A stretch of 18,584 nucleotides of DNA from Candidatus Nanopusillus sp. (GTDB lineage: Archaea > Nanobdellota > Nanobdellia > Nanobdellales > Nanobdellaceae), in assembly GCA_046536775.1 (NCBI GenBank), contig JAWDMD010000008.1, positions 1 to 18,584 of the forward strand, read 5' to 3'. Both the position numbers and the translations under genes were made by a program. Of the stretch, positions 1-6,096 are shown piece after piece; position 1 is the first letter of the stretch; each line of letters starts with the position of its first letter. The notes under the pieces were generated by a model. That model saw only the letters and a program-made list of their open reading frames with translations, did no database searches and had not been told where the DNA came from.

Positions 1-911
1 TAATTAATCGAATAAAATGCTATAAGTGGTATTAAAATATCGAATAATATAAACAAAACTGGGGGACTAAACATATTTCCTAAGAATATTGATGCAAGGG
101 GAAATATTGTTAATAACATAACTGGTAAAGTTATACCTAAAGTAGATGTAAGGTTTATTGCAGACCTTATCTCTCTAGAAAATTCATATAGTTCATTTAC
201 TAATTCTTCTAAAGCTTCTTCCATAGATTTATCTATTTGAAAATTCCTCCTATCCTTATCTGGATCATATAGTGCGCTTAAAATAAGCATAACACCGGTA
301 TAAAAGAATTTAGCATTTTTTTCCCAGGATCTTGAATATTCTATTAAGGCTTCCGATGCAGAAACATATTTTCTATTATATATATCTCTTAACAATTTTA
401 ATAAATCTATTTTTAACGGTAAATTAATATTTTTTGCCGCAAATAACATAGCTTGTTCTACATTTGGGTTTTGTCTTAATTTAATAGCTAATAATAATAA
501 TAGACTTATTAATTGAGATTTTTTCTTCGTATTTAGATTATTATACAAAATAATATAATAATAATCGATCAATATGTAAGATAGTAAACCAAGAGAAATA
601 AATAATAGAAAGTATAAAGGAGATATTATTATTGAAGGAATTATTCCTATAAAAATAAATAATATTAGAAAAAATATTGATGATGAATCTATTTGATTAA
701 TATTTACATCTAAAAAAAGTTCTTCATTTATTTTTTCAAAATTTCTTCTTTTATTTTCATTTACTTTAATCTTTATTATATTTCCAAATGTTTTAACAAT
801 TTTTTCATAATATTTTAATTTATTACCAAAATAGAAGTATTTATATAATTTTAATTTACTTTCTAAATTTTGAATATCTAACCTATTTAACTCAATTTCT
901 GATATATCCAT
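1..911 (-). CDS. Type IV filament platform membrane protein, T2SS-F/TadC/ArlJ-like (partial; 3' end lies beyond the left edge)
   Basis: Absent from the supplied ORF track because there is no stop inside the window. Hand translation of the reverse strand: ATG at 911-909 is the first ATG after an in-frame TAA (923-921), and the frame stays open for 303 codons to base 1. The product begins MDISEIELNRLDIQNLESKLKLYKYFYFGNKLKYYEKIV. It has a ~65-aa soluble N-terminus, then a hydrophobic hairpin (SSIFFLILFIFIGIIPSIIISPLYFLLFISLGLLSYILI). A ~130-aa helical soluble segment follows (SQLISLLLLLAIKLRQNPNVEQAMLFAAKNINLPLKIDLLKLLRDIYNRKYVSASEALIEYSRSW), then another TM (LGITLPVMLLTIFPLASIFLG). This TM / soluble helical segment / TM layout matches a T2SS-F domain. 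The start overlaps the end of the upstream secretion ATPase gene by 25 nt. Confidence 0.6.
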   Translation of the reverse strand, partial: MDISEIELNRLDIQNLESKLKLYKYFYFGNKLKYYEKIVKTFGNIIKIKVNENKRRNFEKINEELFLDVNINQIDSSSIFFLILFIFIGIIPSIIISPLYFLLFISLGLLSYILIDYYYIILYNNLNTKKKSQLISLLLLLAIKLRQNPNVEQAMLFAAKNINLPLKIDLLKLLRDIYNRKYVSASEALIEYSRSWEKNAKFFYTGVMLILSALYDPDKDRRNFQIDKSMEEALEELVNELYEFSREIRSAINLTSTLGITLPVMLLTIFPLASIFLGNMFSPPVLFILFDILIPLIAFYSIN

Positions 912-3130
912 TTCTTCATATTATCTAATATATAATCTTTTGCAATTTCATTATATTCCTTAATACTTTTATCTACATACTGATAAAATACTTCATTATA
1001 CATAGAAACAAAATCTGCTTCCAAAATATCTTTTCTATTTTTTTCTCTTGCTATATCTACTAAGAATTTTTTTGATAAACCTATTGTTTCTATTATATTC
1101 CATACCCTTTCCCAAGATTTCGATAGATATCTTATCCTAGATGCAACAGCCTTTAATACATCTGAATCACCGTTTATTAATTCTAGTGTTGGTTCCAAAT
1201 TATCTTTTTCAGCATCATAAACCATTAGATCAACAAAACCTTTTTCTCTTAATGGATCCTGATCCCATAATTTTCTTACTTCAGTTATCTTTAACAATCT
1301 CCTATATCTTTTTAATCCAGAAGGTTCTTTAATTGGATTTACAATAACTATTATATCTGTAGCTTTAAATGATGTCTTAGGAACCCCCAGATCATTTACA
1401 ACTCTATCGTATACACCATAAGGACTTTCTGCATGTAAAGTACCCATTACTGCATTTGCTACGGCACCAACTCTCATAGCTTCATACAATGTTAAAGCTT
1501 CTTTTGATCTAACTTCTCCAACAACTATAGCACTATCTCCCATTCTTAAAGATACTCTTAAACCCTCTTCAGCGGATAATTCAGCAGATTTTAATGAAAA
1601 AGGACTCCTAACTTTCATAGGAACTATATTATATCCTATTGATCTAAAAAACTCCGTTGGTATTTCTAAAGTATCCTCTACAGTTACCATCCTAATTTTC
1701 TTAGGTATTTCTAACATTAAGGCTGTTAATAGAGATGTCTTGCCACTTCCTCTTGTACCAGCAATTAAAATCGTCCTTCCATTTGCAACTAAAAAAGATA
1801 ATAAGCCTGCAGCCTGATAATTTAGCATTTTATTATCTATAAATAAAGGTAAAGTCCATGGTTTGCTTCTATGTCTTCTAATTATATATGATAATCCAGA
1901 TGGGGATAATGGTGGTGATAATGCTGCAACTCTTAATAATATATTATTTCCAATTACTAGATCTGTATCTAAAACAGGATTTGCTTCATCAAAAGGTCTT
2001 CCAGATATTAACCTCAATTTTGTAGCCCAAGATTCTACTTCTTTCCTAGTTGGAGTTACATTTGTAACAGACATTTCATATTTAGAATGTTGTAAATATA
2101 TTGGAGTTATACCTGCTGGTGGATTTATGAAGAGATCTTCTAGATTTTCATCTAATACTATCTTTTCTATTATTCCAAAACCAATTGTATATCTAATAAT
2201 TATACTCTTAATTAATTCCAATCTATTTTTATCTATATTTATATTATATATAGACATTAATTTCGTTATTATATTATCTAATATATTATTATATATTTCT
2301 CTTAATCTCTCTACATCTAAATAATCTTCCTTTCTAGGTTCATATTCTTGTAAAATTTCTATTGCCTTATGAGATAAAAATGTTTCTTCAGAGAATATTT
2401 TATATTCTTCTGGAAATATATAATATCTAAAAACTGTTTCTTCAGGATTTTTTAATATAAAAACTTCTGTATTTTTATCTAATCTATAAGAATCTATAAT
2501 ATTATAACTCTCTGAAATTTTATTTATATATTTTGTATCTATAAATTTTGGTTTTATATCTCCCAAGAATAATCTTCTATATATCTCCCTATTTCCAATT
2601 TGATATCCGATCAAAAATGGTTTAATATACTTATATGATGGTAAGGATTCGAATTTTATTAGAAAATTATCTATTAATGATACTAAATTTGATATTTGGT
2701 TTTCTAAATCTTTATTATTTTTTAATAATGACATTAATTTTCTTTTCATTCTTTTTATAAATATATATGTACCAATCGGATCCTTCAAATATCTCTTATC
2801 CAAATAATCTATTATGGTTTTTATTTCTGAATATAATGGATTTCCAGTTAACAAATATCTATAATATTCCGATATATTATTTTTAATAGAATAATATACA
2901 TCAAGAAAACTATTCAATATTTTTATACTATCTTCATAATACTCTATATTTTCATCTTGCTCAATTATTATTGTATTTAAAAATGGATCTATAGATAGTA
3001 TATTTAATATATATTCCATTATATTTGGATCGTCTTCAATTGTAGCAATATTATTATAATTTTTGGCATTTACATATAATACTCTTTCTTTTCCATTCAT
3101 TTTAATTTCATATTGCAAACTATTTAGCAT
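887..3130 (-). CDS. Type II/IV secretion-family (FlaI/ArlI/PilB/VirB11-like) hexameric ATPase with extended N- and C-terminal regions
   Basis: 747-aa ORF. Walker A is GTRGSGKTS at residues 458-466 (nt 1733-1759, verified by reverse-complementing). Asp box is VTVEDTLEI, Walker B-like is SAIVVGEVRSKEA, and His box is GTLHAES. The conserved upstream segment (LEDLFINPPAGITPIYLQH...RLISGRPFDEANPVLD) is typical of this family. Residues 1-330 and ~640-747 carry no motif I recognise. An alternative start at Met11 (nt 3100) is possible. Confidence 0.85.
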   Translation of the reverse strand: MLNSLQYEIKMNGKERVLYVNAKNYNNIATIEDDPNIMEYILNILSIDPFLNTIIIEQDENIEYYEDSIKILNSFLDVYYSIKNNISEYYRYLLTGNPLYSEIKTIIDYLDKRYLKDPIGTYIFIKRMKRKLMSLLKNNKDLENQISNLVSLIDNFLIKFESLPSYKYIKPFLIGYQIGNREIYRRLFLGDIKPKFIDTKYINKISESYNIIDSYRLDKNTEVFILKNPEETVFRYYIFPEEYKIFSEETFLSHKAIEILQEYEPRKEDYLDVERLREIYNNILDNIITKLMSIYNINIDKNRLELIKSIIIRYTIGFGIIEKIVLDENLEDLFINPPAGITPIYLQHSKYEMSVTNVTPTRKEVESWATKLRLISGRPFDEANPVLDTDLVIGNNILLRVAALSPPLSPSGLSYIIRRHRSKPWTLPLFIDNKMLNYQAAGLLSFLVANGRTILIAGTRGSGKTSLLTALMLEIPKKIRMVTVEDTLEIPTEFFRSIGYNIVPMKVRSPFSLKSAELSAEEGLRVSLRMGDSAIVVGEVRSKEALTLYEAMRVGAVANAVMGTLHAESPYGVYDRVVNDLGVPKTSFKATDIIVIVNPIKEPSGLKRYRRLLKITEVRKLWDQDPLREKGFVDLMVYDAEKDNLEPTLELINGDSDVLKAVASRIRYLSKSWERVWNIIETIGLSKKFLVDIAREKNRKDILEADFVSMYNEVFYQYVDKSIKEYNEIAKDYILDNMKKWIYQKLS

Positions 3131-3168
3131 ATAAAGATTAATATGTATTAAAATATAATAGTTTTACT
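3131..3168. promoter_or_regulatory. 38-bp divergent intergenic region, presumed to hold back-to-back promoters for the ATPase gene and the 3169 gene
   Basis: This is the only non-coding DNA between two divergent starts. It contains A/T-box-like runs (attaaaatataata). There is no room for 5' UTRs, so both transcripts would be leaderless or near-leaderless. TATA/BRE assignment is unreliable at this base composition. Confidence 0.3.
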
Positions 3169-3531
3169 ATGAATGATCCGGAGACACTTAGAAGATTAAA
3201 ATATTTGGAAGAGAAAATTTCGATGTTCAATAATATATTACAAACTATGGATGTAACTACTAGGAGTTCTTTAGATGATTTTAAACTAGAGATAGAGAAC
3301 ATTAAAAAAGAAATAGATGACATAAAACAAGAAATAAATGATATAGAAATAAAAATAAAAGCTATAACAGATGAATTATCAAATTTTGTTACTATAGATC
3401 AATTAAAAATTATAAATTCTATTCTAGATTACATAAATCCATTTGATTTTGTTACCAAAAAAGAATTAGATAAATTAGTAAAAGAAAAAATTATGGAATA
3501 TCTTGATAACTTATACAACCAGAAGAGTTAA
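3169..3531 (+). CDS. Small coiled-coil protein, function unknown
   Basis: 120-aa ORF with K/E/I/D-rich composition typical of real proteins in this window. Heptad-like segments include LRRLKYLEEKISMFNNILQ and LDDFKLEIENIKKEIDDIKQEINDIEIKIKAITDEL. No TM segment and no enzymatic motif. Confidence 0.6.
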   Translation: MNDPETLRRLKYLEEKISMFNNILQTMDVTTRSSLDDFKLEIENIKKEIDDIKQEINDIEIKIKAITDELSNFVTIDQLKIINSILDYINPFDFVTKKELDKLVKEKIMEYLDNLYNQKS

Positions 3532-3563
3532 ATTTATAATATTCAATATTTTTATTAAGAATT

Positions 3564-4265
3564 ATGAGAAGCTTACTTGGGGTATTTAGTAAGAAGGGTA
3601 ATAAAGATCAGAATGACCAACAGAATTTAGATAATTTATTTCAGGACTTTAATAATCCAATGCCACAAAATAATGGACCATTTAATCAATTTCAGCAAAG
3701 TAATAATATTAATCCTATGACAAATAATTTTCAGAATTTCTCTTTTGGTCAAATGAACCAACAAATGCCATTACAACAACAAAATCCGCCAAATCAATTT
3801 AATCAATCATGGAACTTTCCTCCACAACCAAACCCAACTCCAAATCAATTTCTACCACAACAACAAACTCAAAGTCAACCCGATCTTGGGCAGGGAGGTT
3901 TTTCTATGGATGAAAGGACTGAACAATACATAAACAATACAATAAATGAAATATTAAAAGATAAATTAAGCGAAATAAATGATGAATTATCCCAAATAAA
4001 AATATGGAAAGAAAAGGTGGAATATCTTATTAATAAAATGCAAGAACAAATTGATAAAGTAGATAATAAAATAACTGAAATAAATAATTTGGCAACAAGG
4101 AAGTTAGAAGAATACGATAAAGGAATGCAAGAAGCAACAACAGAAATACAAGCATTACATAGGCTGATAAGAACAATGATACCTGCTATATCCGAATCTA
4201 CAAAAGAATTAAGGGATACGGTAGAAGAATTAAAGTCCCTAAGGGATTCTATTAGAAAACCTTAA
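3564..4265 (+). CDS. Q/N/P-rich low-complexity plus C-terminal coiled-coil protein, function unknown
   Basis: 233-aa ORF. It starts with a short basic N-terminal peptide (MRSLLGVFSKKGNK). In residues 11-110, 61 of 100 are Q (25), N (22) or P (14) by my count. Residues ~115-233 are long predicted helices (INEILKDKLSEINDELSQIKIWKEKVEYLINKMQEQIDKVDNKITEINNL...ELRDTVEELKSLRDSIRK). Confidence 0.65.
   Translation: MRSLLGVFSKKGNKDQNDQQNLDNLFQDFNNPMPQNNGPFNQFQQSNNINPMTNNFQNFSFGQMNQQMPLQQQNPPNQFNQSWNFPPQPNPTPNQFLPQQQTQSQPDLGQGGFSMDERTEQYINNTINEILKDKLSEINDELSQIKIWKEKVEYLINKMQEQIDKVDNKITEINNLATRKLEEYDKGMQEATTEIQALHRLIRTMIPAISESTKELRDTVEELKSLRDSIRKP
3789..3851 (+). repeat. Exact 12-nt direct repeat CCAAATCAATTT (3789-3800 and 3840-3851) inside the low-complexity coding region
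   Basis: Both copies are in frame and encode P-N-Q-F (residues 76-79 and 93-96 of the 233-aa protein). This points to internal duplication or slippage within the Q/N/P tract. Confidence 0.6.
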
Positions 4266-4296
4266 ATTTTTTAATCCTTCTTAATAAATTTTATTG

Positions 4297-4692
4297 ATGG
4301 ACAGAAAGGAAACTATAATAGTAGGATTTACACTATTAATACTATTAGCAGCTGGGTTTACAATTGCCCCTTTATTATATCCAATAAATAATAACCAAAA
4401 CCTAAATCAGAATGAATTATATCAAATATCTCAAATTGCTCAATATTGCCAGGCTCTATGTATATATGCAAAGTACAATTTATCTATAAGTAACTTAAGC
4501 AATACATGCCTAGTATCTGGAAATTCTATATTATATCAATCTTGGATATCTTATCCAAATGCATATAATTGGGGATGTGAATTATCGGATAATAATTCTA
4601 ATTTATGCAATAATAGTAACTATATAATATTAGACGAAAATTGCTCAATAATTAATATATATTATCAAAATAAGCAGTTAAATATAACATGA
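4297..4692 (+). CDS. N-terminally membrane-anchored or secreted Cys-rich protein with dense N-glycosylation sequons, function unknown
   Basis: The ORF track starts at TTG 4294, and ATG at 4297 is the next codon. The hydrophobic N-terminus is TIIVGFTLLILLAAGFTIAPLLY. The ~100-aa ectodomain has 6 Cys (positions 52, 56, 72, 95, 105, 117) and 6 N-X-S/T sequons (N62, N67, N100, N106, N116, N130) by my count. Its stop TGA overlaps the ATG of the next gene (ATGA at 4689-4692). Confidence 0.6.
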   Translation: MDRKETIIVGFTLLILLAAGFTIAPLLYPINNNQNLNQNELYQISQIAQYCQALCIYAKYNLSISNLSNTCLVSGNSILYQSWISYPNAYNWGCELSDNNSNLCNNSNYIILDENCSIINIYYQNKQLNIT

Positions 4693-5414
4693 AGTATATT
4701 GATTCTCATTGTCATCTATATAAATTTAATGAAATAGAAATTAAAAGAATAACAAAAGATAAAGATATAATAATATTATCGGTCTCCGAAGATCTAGAAT
4801 CATCATTAAAAAATATAGTTTTATCTCAATTAAATGAAAATATAATACCTGCCATAGGAATTCATCCTTGGAATATAGAAAAAGTAAATGAAAATACATT
4901 TAAAATAATAGAAGATATAATAAAAGATAATAAGGTAAAAATACTTGGGGAAATTGGATTGGATAAAAAATTCAAGCCAGAAACATTCGAAAAACAGAAA
5001 GAAATTTTTGAAAAATTCTTGAATTTGGCAATAGAATATGACTTAAATCTAAATCTTCATACTCCCAATGCTTCAAATGATGTATTTGATCTTTTAATAA
5101 AGTATGATATAAAAAAGGCATATTTTCATTGGTATAGTGGAGATGAAAAATTATTGGAAGAAATAATTGATAAAGGATATTTTATAGGTATAAATGTTGC
5201 AACAATAGTAAATGAAAAATATAAAAAATATATAGAAATTGCAAATATAGAAAACATAATAACAGAATCCGATGGACCATACAATTACAAAGGCATTATA
5301 CTTCACCCAGATATGCTAGAAGATCTTTATAAACTCATTTCAGATATAAAAAGAGTAAGTCTAAAAGAACTATCAAATATTATAAAAAACAATTTTGCTA
5401 AGTTTATATATTAA
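4689..5414 (+). CDS. tatD: TatD-family metal-dependent hydrolase or nuclease
   Basis: 241 aa. The N-terminal IDSHCHL (HxH metal site), GEIGLD, LNLHTPNA, FHWYSG and ESDGPY motifs occur in the order characteristic of the TatD/YcfH family. Confidence 0.85.
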   Translation: MKYIDSHCHLYKFNEIEIKRITKDKDIIILSVSEDLESSLKNIVLSQLNENIIPAIGIHPWNIEKVNENTFKIIEDIIKDNKVKILGEIGLDKKFKPETFEKQKEIFEKFLNLAIEYDLNLNLHTPNASNDVFDLLIKYDIKKAYFHWYSGDEKLLEEIIDKGYFIGINVATIVNEKYKKYIEIANIENIITESDGPYNYKGIILHPDMLEDLYKLISDIKRVSLKELSNIIKNNFAKFIY

Positions 5415-5510
5415 CATACTGTTAAGATCATTTAACATTAAGTTAATATTTATAAATTTTAAGAGAGATATTCATTAACGTTATATTAAATATTATTAAC
5501 ATGATGTTAA
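5411..5510. promoter_or_regulatory. Array of TTAAC(AT)/(AT)GTTAA motifs with two palindromes upstream of tfe; candidate operator or promoter region
   Basis: TTAACAT occurs at 5411-5417, 5432-5438 and 5496-5502, and ATGTTAA at 5504-5510. There is a perfect palindrome TTAACAT-g-ATGTTAA at 5496-5510 and an inverted repeat TGTTAA-N6-TTAACA at 5420-5437. Additional GTTAA/TTAAC cores lie at 5442-5446 and 5475-5479. A TATA-like box (tatttataaatttt) is at ~5447-5460. Confidence 0.35.
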
Positions 5511-5526
5511 TCAACAATGTTTATAA

Positions 5527-6066
5527 ATGTCAAAAAACCTTATAGGTATTATGAGCTACTTGCTTAATGAAAACTATTTAAAAATATTAGAATATATAGC
5601 GGATAAAAAGGAATTTACAGAAAGAGAAATAAAAAGACAATTAAGGATAAAAGAAGAAGAAATTAGGAAACTCTTATATATATTAGAAGAAAACAACATA
5701 GTATATCCAATAAGCATAATAAATAATAATGGAAAATTTGATTTCAGATGGGGAAATAGGGTACAGGATAAGGAAAAATTATTTAGCTTATTAATAGATA
5801 AAGAAATTAATAGAATTAATGAAGAAATTCAAAATACTCCAAAAACATTATACTATTGTAATGAATGTGGAAGTGCATATAACTTCGACGATGCATATGA
5901 AAATGATTTTATGTGCAAAGAATGTGGATCATTATTGACTGAAAAAGAAAATTTCAGAATAATAGAATTGGAAAATATTATAAATAACTTACAAATATTA
6001 CTAAATAAATATTCTTCAAAAGTTACAAGGAAAGAGAAGGCATCAAAAGCAAAGGGTAAAAAATAA
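5527..6066 (+). CDS. tfe: Transcription factor E, alpha subunit (TFIIE-alpha homologue)
   Basis: 179 aa. It has an N-terminal winged-helix-like region (ILEYIADKKEFTEREIKRQLRIKEEEIRKLLYILEENNIV). A CxxC-N15-CxxC zinc ribbon (YYCNECGSAYNFDDAYENDFMCKECGS) follows at the position expected for archaeal TFE-alpha. The tail is Lys-rich. Confidence 0.8.
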   Translation: MSKNLIGIMSYLLNENYLKILEYIADKKEFTEREIKRQLRIKEEEIRKLLYILEENNIVYPISIINNNGKFDFRWGNRVQDKEKLFSLLIDKEINRINEEIQNTPKTLYYCNECGSAYNFDDAYENDFMCKECGSLLTEKENFRIIELENIINNLQILLNKYSSKVTRKEKASKAKGKK

Positions 6067-6084
6067 TTTTTTATTTTTTATTTT
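6067..6084 (+). terminator. Oligo-T tract (TTTTTTATTTTTTATTTT) immediately after the tfe stop; candidate archaeal intrinsic terminator
   Basis: Runs of T6, T6 and T4 begin directly after TAA at 6064-6066. Archaeal RNA polymerase terminates at oligo-T tracts, but T runs are common in DNA this AT-rich. Confidence 0.3.
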
Positions 6085-6096
6085 AATTTATATTTA

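Noticed and set aside
1141-1332. A 63-aa plus-strand ORF antisense to the ATPase C-terminal region.
   Set aside because: It is short, fully nested antisense in a confident gene, and its composition is atypical (H/L/P/Q-rich).
1863-2324. A 153-aa plus-strand ORF antisense to the secretion ATPase gene. It is strikingly long for DNA this AT-rich, where stop codons should be frequent.
   Set aside because: It lies entirely inside the best-supported part of the ATPase gene (the conserved core leading up to Walker A). In this register, antisense stops arise only when a Tyr, His or Gln codon follows a T- or C-ending codon, and the local A-ending codon bias (ATA, AGA, AAA) avoids that pattern. The predicted peptide is poor in K and E and rich in L, S, F and I, unlike every confident protein here. 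It is most likely a shadow ORF.
3138-3323. A 61-aa minus-strand ORF overlapping the start of the 3169 coiled-coil gene.
   Set aside because: It would occupy the divergent promoter spacer and overlap the better-supported plus-strand ORF. The hydrophobic S/L/F-rich peptide is typical of antisense translation of K/E-rich genes.
4294-4400. The possibility that the 132-aa protein is a type IV pilin or archaellin-like subunit with a class III signal peptide.
   Set aside because: The residues before the hydrophobic stretch read DRKE-TIIVGF. There is no G/A/S at the expected -1 position after the charged residue, so it does not fit the [KRDE][GA]-hydrophobic cleavage motif.
5415-5526. A possible C/D-box sRNA or other small RNA in the long tfe upstream spacer (ATGATG at 5501-5506).
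   Set aside because: There is no proper C box (RUGAUGA) paired with a D box (CUGA) at a suitable distance, and no terminal stem. The repeats are better explained as DNA-level operator-like motifs.
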